Assembly: GCA_043821645.1 (NCBI GenBank)
Contig: JBDRCO010000031.1
Location: 1 to 64,000 of the forward strand
DNA length: 64,000 nucleotides
Direction of reading: 5' to 3'
Origin: Pseudomonadota bacterium
GTDB taxonomy: Bacteria; Myxococcota; JACRCW01; JAFGSX01
Positions within the stretch are counted from its first letter, which is position 1; each line of letters opens with the position of its first letter. Below are positions 39,866 to 49,539 of the stretch, piece by piece. Position numbers and translations under genes: made by a program. Below the pieces are notes generated by a model. That model searched no databases. It saw only the letters and a list, made by a program, of their open reading frames with translations, and was not told the DNA's origin.

Positions 39866-40879
39866 TCAGCAGATTCGCGGTAGCGGATCTTCCATGGGCA
39901 GGACGAACAGCCGCTGCGTGCCCGCCTCGGTGGCCAGCACCACCTGACCTGCCGGACCGCCTGCGACGGATCCGACCACGGCAGCCTGTCGGCCGTCGTC
40001 GAGTCCATGCCAGCGGGTCAGCGCCTCGTTGGCCTGGTCGGCGGCCACGACTGCCAGCACGCGCCCTTCGCAGGGCAGCAGCAAGGGATCCAGGCCCGCG
40101 AGTTCACACACGGCCCGCGTCGAGGGACGTACCGGAATCTGACGCAGATCGAGGTGCACGGCACATCGAGCACCGTCAGCGATTTCCGTCGTCACTCCGC
40201 CCAGTCCGCCGCGAGTGGGGTCGCGCAGGAAGTGCAGCGCTGGACCGAGGTCGACGAGCGCCGCGCACAGTTCGTGCACGGGGGCGCAGTCGCTTTCGAC
40301 GCCTCGCGCCTGCCCGAGCTGGCCCCGAGCGACCAGGATGGCGGCACCGTGATCGCCGATGGGCCCTGACACCAGCAGGCGGTCGCCTTCCACCACGCGA
40401 TGCAGACCCAGGTCGAGGCCCGGTGCCACCTCGCCGATCCCCGCGGTGTTGATGAACAGGCCGTCGACCTGTCCGCGAGGGACGACCTTGGTGTCGCCAC
40501 ACACCACCTCGACCCCGGCGGCCCTGGCGGCCAGGCTCACGGCGTCGAGGATGCGCCGCAGCTCGTCGAGGGACAGGCCTTCTTCGGCGATGAGGGCCAG
40601 GGACAGGTGGCGTGGCCGCGCCCCGCAACACGCGAGATCGTTGACCGTGCCATTGACCGCCAGGCTCCCGATGCATCCGCCCTCGAAGAAGCGCGGCTGC
40701 ACCACGAAGCTGTCCGTGGTGAAAGCGAGCCTGCGCCCAGCGAACTCGAGAACTGCGCCGTCACCCAGGGCGCGCAGTACCGGATTGTCCAGACGTGGCA
40801 AGAGCTCGTGCTGGATGAAGTCACGAGCGAGCTGGCCACCGCCGCCGTGGCCGAGACGCAGCTCCTGTGGCGTCGTCAT
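39866..40879 (-). CDS. hypE: Hydrogenase maturation carbamoyl dehydratase
   Basis: HGGGG, FTTDSFVV, GTVNDL, GDTKVV, RDPTRGG, C-terminal PRIC. Confidence 0.95.
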   Translation of the reverse strand: MTTPQELRLGHGGGGQLARDFIQHELLPRLDNPVLRALGDGAVLEFAGRRLAFTTDSFVVQPRFFEGGCIGSLAVNGTVNDLACCGARPRHLSLALIAEEGLSLDELRRILDAVSLAARAAGVEVVCGDTKVVPRGQVDGLFINTAGIGEVAPGLDLGLHRVVEGDRLLVSGPIGDHGAAILVARGQLGQARGVESDCAPVHELCAALVDLGPALHFLRDPTRGGLGGVTTEIADGARCAVHLDLRQIPVRPSTRAVCELAGLDPLLLPCEGRVLAVVAADQANEALTRWHGLDDGRQAAVVGSVAGGPAGQVVLATEAGTQRLFVLPMEDPLPRIC

Positions 40880-41985
40880 GCAGGGACCTCGCTGGCAGGC
40901 CGTATCCCGCCCGCTCCGTGCTCGTGACAGATCCGGCAGCTGCCTTCGTGCGAGACCATGCAGGGGCCAACCGGGTGCTCTGGTGCGCAACGCTGTCCGT
41001 ACAGCGGGCAGTCCCGTGGTTGTGCCCTGCCAAGAAGCACGCTTCCGCAGATGCACCCCGTGGGCAGGGCTTCCTCGTCGCTGGCCGGGAGCAGGGCGAA
41101 GCGCCTCCGGGCGTCGACAGATGCCAGGGCCGGCCGCAGCGCAAGCCCCGAATTCTGGATGACGCCAATGCCGCGCCAGACCGCCGTGCTCGGCTCGAAG
41201 GCCTGCTCGAGCACGCGCAAGGCTGCGGCGTTACCCTCGGCGCGCACGAGTCCCGGGTAGGTGTTGGTGCAGCCCGGGCGCCCGCCCACCACTTGCTCGA
41301 CGAGGTCCAGCAACCCGTGGAGAAGCTGAACCGGCTCGAAACCAGCCACGGCCATGGGGGACGAACTCAGGTCCCCGCGGGAGGAGAAGGGCTGCAGCCC
41401 GATGATGGTGCACACGTGCCCGGGGAGCACGAAGCCATCGACAGCGGCGCCCCTGGCGACGAGATAGGACAGGGCTGCCGGCACGGTGCGGATGGCGGTG
41501 AGCAAGCTGAAGTTGGGCGGGGGATCGTCGAGCGCCGCGTGAGCGAAGGTGCAGGCTGTGGTCTCGAAGCCCACCGCGAAGAATACGACCTCGCGCCGCG
41601 GGTTCTTGCGTGCCAGCAGCACGGCGTCGCGCACGCTGCTGACCACCCGCACGTCGTGGCCTTTGGCCCGGGCGTCGGCCAGGGTGTGGTGGGCGGCGGG
41701 GACGCGCAGCATGTCGCCGAAGCTGGCGACGATGGCGCCTTGTTCCGCCAGGGAGATGGCCTGGGCAATGTCCTGGGCTGGACACACGCACACGGGACAA
41801 CCCGGCCCGGCCACGATCTCCATCCCCGGTGGCAGCAGTTCCCGCAGCGCGTAGCGGCACACCGTGGCCTCGTGGGTGCCGCAGATGTGCATGAAGCGCA
41901 GACGGCGACCCTGCCCCACTGTGGCGAGAAGCTGCGCCATCTCGCGGAGCATCGAGGCATCGCGAAGCGTCGGCCCTGTGCTCAT
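40876..41985 (-). CDS. hypD: Hydrogenase formation protein
   Basis: CGTHE, GPGCPVC, GFETT, PGHV, C-terminal Cys cluster GPCMVS-x-EG-x-C. Confidence 0.95.
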   Translation of the reverse strand: MSTGPTLRDASMLREMAQLLATVGQGRRLRFMHICGTHEATVCRYALRELLPPGMEIVAGPGCPVCVCPAQDIAQAISLAEQGAIVASFGDMLRVPAAHHTLADARAKGHDVRVVSSVRDAVLLARKNPRREVVFFAVGFETTACTFAHAALDDPPPNFSLLTAIRTVPAALSYLVARGAAVDGFVLPGHVCTIIGLQPFSSRGDLSSSPMAVAGFEPVQLLHGLLDLVEQVVGGRPGCTNTYPGLVRAEGNAAALRVLEQAFEPSTAVWRGIGVIQNSGLALRPALASVDARRRFALLPASDEEALPTGCICGSVLLGRAQPRDCPLYGQRCAPEHPVGPCMVSHEGSCRICHEHGAGGIRPASEVPA

Positions 41986-42212
41986 CCCGACACCTGGCGC
42001 AGGTGCAGCAGCTCGCGCAGCAACTGCAAGGTGTCGCGGGCCTCATCCTCGTCGATCTTCTGGATCGCGTAGCCCGCGTGCACGAGCACGAACTCGCCGA
42101 CCCGCGGATCCTCGACCAGAGCGAGGGATACCTCGAGCTCGAGGCCTCCGCTCTCGACCACACCCGTCGAGTCCTGCAGGCGCAGGATGCGCATGGGCAC
42201 TCCCAGGCACAT
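41982..42212 (-). CDS. hypC: Hydrogenase assembly chaperone
   Basis: MCLGVP start and VLVHAGYAI. Confidence 0.95.
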   Translation of the reverse strand: MCLGVPMRILRLQDSTGVVESGGLELEVSLALVEDPRVGEFVLVHAGYAIQKIDEDEARDTLQLLRELLHLRQVSG

Positions 42213-42214
42213 GT

Positions 42215-44512
42215 TCAGCCTCCGGGCTCAGCCGCAGCGTCGATCTGGGCCGCTGCCAGCGCAAGCTGTCCAATGCACAGGCCGCCATCGCCAGGCGGCA
42301 GACGTCGAGGACGAAGCACCCTGAAGCCCACTCCCTGCAACCTCGTGAGGGCCTGGTCGAGCAGGATACGGTTGGCGAAGCTGCCACCGCCCAGCGCCAC
42401 GGTCCGCAACCGGTGACGCTCGCCGAGAGCCTGGCACATGTCGACCAGGCCAGCGACCAGGGCGCCATGAAAGCGCGCGCTCACCTGGTCCGCGGGCACC
42501 CCGCGCGCCGTGTCGTCGAGAATGGCCTCGAACAGCGGGGCCGTGTCCAGCTCCAGCAGCGCCCCTCTGCGGAGGGGCAGTGGATAGCCGCCTTGCACCT
42601 GGCCACCGGCCGCGGCCTCCAGCAATGCGGCGCTCTGGGCCTCGTAGCTGTTGTGTCGGCACCCGCAGACCAGCGCCGCCACGGCGTCGAACAGCCGGCC
42701 CATGCTGGACGTTGGTGTCACGGCCGGGGCTGTGGTGAGCAGTGCCAGCAGACCGTCGCGCTGGGAATCCTCCACGGCATCGAGGTCGGCGGCGACCGCG
42801 GCGGCGCGTGCAGGTCCCAGCAGATGGGCCACGTGTGCCAGGGCAGCGCGCCAGGGCTGCCGCGCCACGAGATCCCCGCCAGGCAGGGGCACCGTCGCGA
42901 CGCGCCCCACGCGCTCCAGGGCCTGTGGCGGGCCCGCAAAGAACTCGGCACCCCAGGCTGTTCCGTCGTCACCGAGACCGAATCCGTCCCAGGCCACGCC
43001 GATGCAGGGCTCCCAGACCTCGTTGTCGACGAGCACGGCCGCCACGTGTGCGCGGTGGTGCTGGACGGACAGCACCTCGAGTCCGCTCTCCCGCTCGGCC
43101 CAGCGAGAACTCAGCAGGTCCGGGTGCAGGTCGCGCACGACGATGCTGGGATCCAATCCGCTGAGCCGCAGCAAGGCCTCGAGGGTTTGCTCGAAGCAGG
43201 TCAGGCTCGCCGGGCTGCCAAGGGTCCCCACGTGCGGGCTGAGCACGACACGTCGCCCACTCGCCACGGCCAGGGCGAGCTTGAGCTCGGCCCCGACCGC
43301 GAGCAGGGGCGGCGAGGACAAGGGCAGCGTGAACTCCCAGGGCGTCAGGCCCCGGGCTCGGCGCAGCACCAGGGGTCCCGATGCGGTGGGGCGCAGCAGG
43401 GAATCATCCAGCCGCTGCACGATGGTCCGGTCGTGCGAGAGTACCTTGTCCGCCAGCGGACCCAGCCTTGCCGCCAGGTCGTCACCGTCGCTCACCAGGG
43501 GATCCCCGTCGAGGTTGGCGCTGGTCAGCACCAGGGCGCACAGAGGCAGGTCGCGCAGGGCGTGCAGCAACAGGTGATGCAGGGGAGTGTAGGCCAGCAG
43601 GATGCCGTGCTCACCGAGCTGTGGAGCCACGGCAGGAGCCAGCGGATCCGGGCGACGCTTGGGCAGCACCAGGATGGGAGCACTCGGATCCCTGAGCAGC
43701 TCGGCGTCGCTGCCATCCAGGGTCACGATCTGCCGGGCGACCTCGAGATCCGGGACCAGCACGGCCAGAGGTCTTGCCTCGCGTCCCTTGCGCATGCGCA
43801 GGCGCTGCACGGCCTCGTTGTCGTCGGCACGGCAGGCCAGGTGGAATCCCCCGAGGCCCTTGAGGGCGACGATCTCGCCCTCGCGCAGTGCCCTCGCCGC
43901 TGCCTCCAGGGGATCCTCGACGTCCAGGGGATCCAGCGTCGCACTCAACCATTGCAGCCGTGGTCCACAGGCCGGACAGGCCACGGGCTGGGCGTGAAAT
44001 CGGCGGTCGTCCGGATCGCTGTACTCGCGGGCGCAGTCCGCGCACAGCGCGAAGCCCCCCATGCTGGTGCTGGCCCTGTCATAGGGCAGGGCGCGCAGGA
44101 TCGTGTACCTCGGTCCGCAGTCCGTGCAGTTGCCAAAGGCATGGCGGTGTCGACGGTCGCTGGGGTCGAGCACCTCGGCCAGGCAGGCCCGGCAGGTGGC
44201 TGCCTCGACCGGAATGCGGGCGCTGGGCGAGGCCGCCACCTCGCTGCGGCGGATCTCGAAGCCGGCATCGCGGCTGTCCTCGATCGGCCGTCGCTCGACG
44301 CTGTTGACGCGTGCCAGGGGGGGCAGCCTCGCCAGTAGGTCGTGCTCGAAGGCTGCGATCTGCACGCCCTCGCCCTGGACCTCGACCTCGACGCCGGTGG
44401 CGATGTTGCGTACAAAGCCCTGCAGTCCATGCGCCCGCGCCTGGCGCCATACGTGCGGTCTGAAGCCGACCCCCTGCACGGCACCCTGGATGTGCAGCGC
44501 TACGCGCATCAT
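42215..44512 (-). CDS. hypF: Carbamoyltransferase
   Basis: GAVQGVGFRP acylphosphatase domain, CxxC zinc fingers, KGLGGFHL, QHHRAH, SSMGRLFD, PPGDGG-x-x-x-GQ. Confidence 0.95.
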   Translation of the reverse strand: MMRVALHIQGAVQGVGFRPHVWRQARAHGLQGFVRNIATGVEVEVQGEGVQIAAFEHDLLARLPPLARVNSVERRPIEDSRDAGFEIRRSEVAASPSARIPVEAATCRACLAEVLDPSDRRHRHAFGNCTDCGPRYTILRALPYDRASTSMGGFALCADCAREYSDPDDRRFHAQPVACPACGPRLQWLSATLDPLDVEDPLEAAARALREGEIVALKGLGGFHLACRADDNEAVQRLRMRKGREARPLAVLVPDLEVARQIVTLDGSDAELLRDPSAPILVLPKRRPDPLAPAVAPQLGEHGILLAYTPLHHLLLHALRDLPLCALVLTSANLDGDPLVSDGDDLAARLGPLADKVLSHDRTIVQRLDDSLLRPTASGPLVLRRARGLTPWEFTLPLSSPPLLAVGAELKLALAVASGRRVVLSPHVGTLGSPASLTCFEQTLEALLRLSGLDPSIVVRDLHPDLLSSRWAERESGLEVLSVQHHRAHVAAVLVDNEVWEPCIGVAWDGFGLGDDGTAWGAEFFAGPPQALERVGRVATVPLPGGDLVARQPWRAALAHVAHLLGPARAAAVAADLDAVEDSQRDGLLALLTTAPAVTPTSSMGRLFDAVAALVCGCRHNSYEAQSAALLEAAAGGQVQGGYPLPLRRGALLELDTAPLFEAILDDTARGVPADQVSARFHGALVAGLVDMCQALGERHRLRTVALGGGSFANRILLDQALTRLQGVGFRVLRPRRLPPGDGGLCIGQLALAAAQIDAAAEPGG

Positions 44513-45168
44513 CCCTCTCGCGAGGTCACGAAGGCATCCAGCCAGGCGATCCAGGCCTCGAAGCCCAGCGCCGTGCGGCATGACAGGGGCAGCATCCGCA
44601 TCCCCGGGTGAATGTCCTGCACCCGCGCCAGGTATGCGTCCTGGTCGAAGTCGACATGGGGCGAAAGGTCGGTCTTGTTGAGCACCAGCACACTCGCCTC
44701 GCGGAACATCAGCGGATACTTGAGCGGCTTGTCATCGCCCTCGGTGACCGACGCCACCATGACCTTGTGTGCCTCGCCGACCCGAAACTCGGCCGGGCAC
44801 ACCAGGTTGCCGACATTCTCGACGATCAGCAGATCCAGGGCGTCCAGGTCCAGGTGGGGCAGGGCAGCGCGCACCATGTTTCCGTCGAGGTGACAGGCGC
44901 CGCCAGTGTTGATCTGCACGGCCTGCACGCCCGCGGCTTGCAGCCTTTCGGCATCGACACTGCTCTGCACATCGCCTTCGATCACGGCCCAGCGGGGCGC
45001 ACGCTGCCAGCGTCGGGCGGTCTCGACCAGCAGGCTGGTCTTGCCCGCACCAGGAGCCCCCATGAGGTTCAGCACGCGCACACCGTGGTGCGCGAACAGA
45101 GCCGCGTTCTCGTCGGCGATGCGGTCGCTGGCCTCGAGGATATTGCGGACCACCGGGACCTTGACCAT
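44509..45168 (-). CDS. hypB: Hydrogenase nickel incorporation GTPase
   Basis: GAPGAGKT, GGACHLD, ENVGNLVCPA, EGDDKPLKYP, NKTD. GGAGG RBS. Confidence 0.95.
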   Translation of the reverse strand: MVKVPVVRNILEASDRIADENAALFAHHGVRVLNLMGAPGAGKTSLLVETARRWQRAPRWAVIEGDVQSSVDAERLQAAGVQAVQINTGGACHLDGNMVRAALPHLDLDALDLLIVENVGNLVCPAEFRVGEAHKVMVASVTEGDDKPLKYPLMFREASVLVLNKTDLSPHVDFDQDAYLARVQDIHPGMRMLPLSCRTALGFEAWIAWLDAFVTSREG

Positions 45169-45169
45169 C

Positions 45170-45523
45170 TCATGCCTCCGCGAGGTCGAGGTCCAGCTCG
45201 ACCAGCTGCAGCTCGTGCCCCCCCACCACATCGACGTCGGCACCGCCGCAGCCCGCGCAGCGATAGCTCCACGCCGGCGGCTCGCTACGCAGACCGCAGC
45301 TCCGGCAGTCCACGGTCAGCGCAACATCCTCGATGTCGACCTGCACGCCCTCGGCTGGGCCACCGCAGGCCAGGTGCTCGATGGCGAAGCGCAGGGATTC
45401 CACCTCGACGTTGGCCGCGACGCCGACGCGCAGACGGAGCTGGCAGATGCGCCGGGCGGCTCGGGACGCGGCTTCCTGCAAGGCGCACTCCAGGATGACC
45501 TGAGCCAGGGAAGCCTCGTGCAT
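45170..45523 (-). CDS. hypA: Hydrogenase nickel metallochaperone
   Basis: MHE start, two CxxC motifs, GHEL. Confidence 0.93.
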   Translation of the reverse strand: MHEASLAQVILECALQEAASRAARRICQLRLRVGVAANVEVESLRFAIEHLACGGPAEGVQVDIEDVALTVDCRSCGLRSEPPAWSYRCAGCGGADVDVVGGHELQLVELDLDLAEA

Positions 45524-45705
45524 GGCGAACCCTCGAAGTTGCTGCACGCTAGCACACAGATCACCGAGGTCACGCGCTGTCCACGTGCGGCGTGACCTGG
45601 TCGGACATCCGGGCTAAGGTCGGGCGGTCCTGGCGGGCCGCTGTGGCACGTCCGAGGATCGCGGGCGAGGGTGGTCGTCGACGTCACCCGGCCCCTGGAG
45701 CTGGC

Positions 45706-46494
45706 ATGCGCACCATCACCTTCGCATCGATCAAGGGTGGGGTCGGAAAAACCACGATGTCCGTGCATACGGCCGCAGGCCTGGCGGACCTCGGGCATCG
45801 CACCCTGCTCATCGACCTCGATCCCCAGGGCCACGCCAGCACCATGGCGGGCTTCGAGATCGGTCCCGACGACGCGTGTGCCGCGGATGGCTTCGGTCAG
45901 ACCCCGCGCGTGCCCTTTTCCCGGGTGGTGCAGGAGACCTCGCGCAAGAACCTGTGGGTGGCGCCGGCGGGCCCGCGCATGGCCGGTCTCGAGCGCGAGC
46001 TGTTCCGCTGGGGGCACAGGTTGCAGGCCGTGACCCGCGCCGTGCAGGAGCTGCGTCTGGATCTCGACGCCGTGGTGGTGGACACGCCGCCCCAGCTCAA
46101 TGCCTTCACCGAGGCCGCTCTTGCCGCCGGTGACCTGGTGGTGGTGCCGGTGCCGGCCATGGCCCACGCACTGCAAGGCTTCGACGAGATTCACGCGGCC
46201 TGGGCCGACGCCAGCGACGGCCGCGGGGCAAGCATGATAGGCGCCATCAACATGTGGGATCGCCGTACCACGGCCACCAACTCGGCCATGGAAGACGCCT
46301 TCAAGGAGCTCCCGGTCAAGCTGACCCGGACTCGCATTCCGCGGAACGAGGCGCTCAACCAGGCCGGTCTGGGCTACGAGCTGGTGTACGAATTCTCTCG
46401 GCAGAGCGCCGCGGTAGGGAGCTTCAGGGACCTGGTCAAGGAGCTGTGGCGGCTCGCGGGCAAGCCGAGCGCACGTCCCGGGAGGAAATCATGA
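45706..46494 (+). CDS. ParA/Soj-family ATPase
   Basis: KGGVGKTT deviant Walker A, IDLDPQG, VDTPP. Confidence 0.9.
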   Translation: MRTITFASIKGGVGKTTMSVHTAAGLADLGHRTLLIDLDPQGHASTMAGFEIGPDDACAADGFGQTPRVPFSRVVQETSRKNLWVAPAGPRMAGLERELFRWGHRLQAVTRAVQELRLDLDAVVVDTPPQLNAFTEAALAAGDLVVVPVPAMAHALQGFDEIHAAWADASDGRGASMIGAINMWDRRTTATNSAMEDAFKELPVKLTRTRIPRNEALNQAGLGYELVYEFSRQSAAVGSFRDLVKELWRLAGKPSARPGRKS

Positions 46495-46859
46495 CCCTGC
46501 TGACCTGTCCTCGTTGCAGTACCGTGCTGGACCGCGTGGCGGTGCAGGCCACCGAGGTGGACCGCTGTGGTGGCTGCGGCTGTGTGTGGCTGGATCGCGG
46601 CGAGCTGGGCGCCTTGCTCGCCGTGGAACCGACCGCCGTGGCAGAGCTGGTGAACGCCGGTGGACACGCCGCCGCGCCCCCCTTGCACGGCGCGATTGTC
46701 CTGGATTGCCCTGCGTGTGAGGGGAAGCTGCAGACTCTCGATCTGGGCCAGGTGAGGGTCGATCGCTGCACCGCGTGCCAGGGCTTGCTGTTCGACAACA
46801 AAGGTCTCGAACCCGGGCTCGCGCTGCTGCGCGCGGAAGCGAAGAAGCGCGGAGCCTGA
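46491..46859 (+). CDS. Tandem zf-TFIIB zinc-ribbon protein
   Basis: CPRC...DRCGGCGCVWLDRGEL and CPAC...DRCTACQGLLFD. ATGA overlap with parA. Confidence 0.85.
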   Translation: MTLLTCPRCSTVLDRVAVQATEVDRCGGCGCVWLDRGELGALLAVEPTAVAELVNAGGHAAAPPLHGAIVLDCPACEGKLQTLDLGQVRVDRCTACQGLLFDNKGLEPGLALLRAEAKKRGA

Positions 46860-46921
46860 GTCCCGGCATCCTCGGGCGCGGGGCCTCACGCAACAAGATA
46901 CAGTCAGATTCCAGTTTAAAA

Positions 46922-47344
46922 TCAGGCCTTGGGCTTGGATTCGGATCCGGGCAGGGCGGCCTCGGCGCGTTCCGGCGCGATGCGCTTGAGCAGGCGCTCG
47001 GCCAGCTCCGGCGCCACCGTCAGCAGCTTGTCGATCACCGTGGCCTCGGGTTCGTCCAGGCACAGCAACTGCGCGCGGCCGCTGGGATCCACCGCCACGA
47101 AGGCCACCGGCTCGACCCGGATGCCGCCGCCGGCTCCACCGACGCTGCCCTGTCCCTGGCCACTCTGCGGGCTGCTCTCCTCGGCGTGGCTGGTGAGCCC
47201 GCCCACGCCGAAGGCCAGGCTGAGCTTGCTGATCGGGATGAGCTTGGTGTTGCCAACCACCAGCGGCTCGCCGACCACGGTCTCGGTCTTGCTGATGTGA
47301 TGCATCTCGTCGAGCAAGCGCGTGATCATGTTCTTGACGTCCAT
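46922..47344 (-). CDS. GerW/YtfJ-family protein
   Basis: TETVVGEP...IPIS-x-L-x-x-x-FG-x-GG...GGAGGG-x-x-VEPVAFV. Confidence 0.85.
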   Translation of the reverse strand: MDVKNMITRLLDEMHHISKTETVVGEPLVVGNTKLIPISKLSLAFGVGGLTSHAEESSPQSGQGQGSVGGAGGGIRVEPVAFVAVDPSGRAQLLCLDEPEATVIDKLLTVAPELAERLLKRIAPERAEAALPGSESKPKA

Positions 47345-47363
47345 GGATCTCCTCGTCACGCGC

Positions 47364-48056
47364 TCAGGGCGTGGCGCTCGTTGGCGACAGGGGCGCGGGC
47401 GCGGTGCGCAGCGGTGACGCCGGCGCAGGCACCCGCCGCAGGTTGGTCAACGCCAGCCAGGCTGCGCTCAGGGCCACCGCGACCAGCTGCAGGTCTGCGA
47501 CAACGTGTGCGTTGGCGTCGACCAGGGCGCGATCGAAGCGCGGCTCGATGTGGATGGTCGCACCGGTCACGGCGAGGGCGTGCAGCGTGCACAGCAGGCC
47601 GTACAGTTCGCCGGTGGCGGCGGGATCGTCGAGTCCCACGGCCAGCCGGCCATCGAGCCGGGTGATGCGGAAACGCGGCCTTTGTTGCAGCACCCACGCC
47701 AGGCCCTGGGCGAGGCTGAGCTGCAGCGTCCACCACCGCCTCGACGGTGGGGTCGCGGGCCTGGTCCCGGCATCGCGGGTCGCAGTGGTGGTCCCCAGCA
47801 GCCGTGCGCCTTCTAGGAACCGGCGTCCGAACAAGCTCAGACACCAGCCCACCACGCGACCTGCGCCAGGTTCGCGCTCGATCTCGAGGGCCACGGTGCC
47901 CAGCCTGGCCACCAGGCGCACGCTCAGACCGCGCTCCGCGTCCGCGCTGCACCCCCGGACCTGTGCCTCCACCACCAGCCGCAGTCGCCACAGCGCGACC
48001 AGGCCGGCGAGGGCCAGCACGGCGAGAGCACCAAGCACAGCCAGGTCTGGACTCAC
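47364..48056 (-). CDS. DUF2953/YtfI-like membrane protein
   Basis: N-terminal TM, GLDDPAATGELYG, IEPRF. Located between YtfJ paralogs. Confidence 0.75.
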   Translation of the reverse strand: MSPDLAVLGALAVLALAGLVALWRLRLVVEAQVRGCSADAERGLSVRLVARLGTVALEIEREPGAGRVVGWCLSLFGRRFLEGARLLGTTTATRDAGTRPATPPSRRWWTLQLSLAQGLAWVLQQRPRFRITRLDGRLAVGLDDPAATGELYGLLCTLHALAVTGATIHIEPRFDRALVDANAHVVADLQLVAVALSAAWLALTNLRRVPAPASPLRTAPAPLSPTSATP

Positions 48057-48059
48057 GGG

Positions 48060-48473
48060 TCAGCCCCCGTCCGCGGTGCTAGCGGGCGGTTTCGGCACTT
48101 TTTTCTCGTCGTCACCGAGCCAGCGGTCGGCCATGCGCGGGATCAGATCCACGGCCTTGGTCAAGGCGGAGGCGCGGCGGTGGCGCAGCGACTGCAGGTG
48201 TGCTCGCCCCTCGGGATCGATGACCACGAAAGCCACCGGGGTGATGGCGATGCCGCCGCCGGCGCCGCCACTCTCCACAGAACCCTGCATCTTCTTCGTC
48301 GTCACCAGCCCGCCCTGGCCCTCGGCGCCACCCGTGCCAAAACCAATGGCAAGGTTGCACACCGGGACCACGCTGGTGCCCTCGACGTCGATGGGCTTGC
48401 CCACCACGGATTCGGTGCGGCCGATCTTGTGCAGCTCGGTGAGCAGGGTGCCGATCAGGTCCTCGATGATCAC
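48060..48473 (-). CDS. GerW/YtfJ-family protein
   Basis: TESVVGKPI...GFGTGG...GGAGGG-x-x-ITPVAFVV. GAGGAGG RBS. Confidence 0.85.
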   Translation of the reverse strand: MIIEDLIGTLLTELHKIGRTESVVGKPIDVEGTSVVPVCNLAIGFGTGGAEGQGGLVTTKKMQGSVESGGAGGGIAITPVAFVVIDPEGRAHLQSLRHRRASALTKAVDLIPRMADRWLGDDEKKVPKPPASTADGG

Positions 48474-48593
48474 GGGAGCCTCCTCGCAGGGGCCCGCAGG
48501 CTAGCCCGGAACGCCCTGCGGGTCACGCCATGCGCGCGCGGTGCACTGGTGCGGCCTGCGGGCGATGCTATGCTGCGCGCAGGAGGTCTCGAC

Positions 48594-49529
48594 GTGGACT
48601 GCTTTCTGCTCGGCTCCGGCGGCATGATGCCCATGCCGGAGCGCCGCCTGAGCGCGCTGCTGGTGCGCTACCAGGGCTGCATGATCCTGTTCGACGCCGG
48701 CGAGGGCGTGCAGATCGGGCTCAAGGCTCTGAACCTGGGCCTGCGCGGTCTTGACGTGGTGGCCATCACCCACCTGCACGCGGACCATGTGCTGGGTCTG
48801 CCCGGCGTGATGATGCTGCGCACGCAGATGCCGGATCCGGCTCCACTCACCCTGATCGGCCCTCCCGGGTTGCAGGATTTCGTGCAGGACCTGCATCGCA
48901 GCGTGCGGTTCTTCCTCAATTATCCGCTCCACTTCGTCGAGCTGGACGAGGGCGCGGACCCGGTGGCATGGCGGGACGAGGACCTGGTGCTGCGCTGGAC
49001 CCCGCTCGAGCACAGCACATTCTGCCTCGGCTACAGGCTCGACGAGCAACCGCGGCCAGGCCGCTTTGATCTCGCCCGAGCCCAGGCCCTGGGTGTGCCC
49101 CGGGGCCCCCTGTTCAGCCAGCTGCAGCGCGGGTTGCCCGTGACCCTGGACGACGGTACCTGGGTACAGCCCGAGCAGGTGCTGGGCCCGGCGCGCCGCG
49201 GCCGCTCCGTGGTCTACGCCGTGGACACGAGACCCTGCCAGACGCTGCGGACGCTGTGCCAGCAGGCCGACCTCGCCGTGCTCGACGGCATGTTCACCCC
49301 GGACGAGGTCGAGCACGCGCGGGACAAGCGCCACATGACCATGAGCGAGGCCGCGGAGCTGGCGCAGCAGGCGGGGGTCCGCCACACACTGCTCACCCAC
49401 CTGAGCCCGCGTCATCGCGCCGACGAGGTGGCCACCCTCGAGCGCAGCCTGCGCGAGCGCTTCGCCAACGTTCGCATCGGTCGGGACGGCGACAGCGTGG
49501 AGCTGGCCCCGCTGGACGATCCAGCCTGA
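48594..49529 (+). CDS. rnz: Ribonuclease Z
   Basis: LGSGG-x-x-P, FDAGEG, THLHADH, exosite GVPRGP, DTRP, H-x-T, THLSPR. GTG start behind AGGAGG. Confidence 0.92.
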   Translation: MDCFLLGSGGMMPMPERRLSALLVRYQGCMILFDAGEGVQIGLKALNLGLRGLDVVAITHLHADHVLGLPGVMMLRTQMPDPAPLTLIGPPGLQDFVQDLHRSVRFFLNYPLHFVELDEGADPVAWRDEDLVLRWTPLEHSTFCLGYRLDEQPRPGRFDLARAQALGVPRGPLFSQLQRGLPVTLDDGTWVQPEQVLGPARRGRSVVYAVDTRPCQTLRTLCQQADLAVLDGMFTPDEVEHARDKRHMTMSEAAELAQQAGVRHTLLTHLSPRHRADEVATLERSLRERFANVRIGRDGDSVELAPLDDPA

Positions 49530-49539
49530 GAGCCTGCCG

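Noticed and set aside
45644-45660. TGGCACG upstream of parA as a sigma54 promoter
   Set aside because: No GC at the -12 position.
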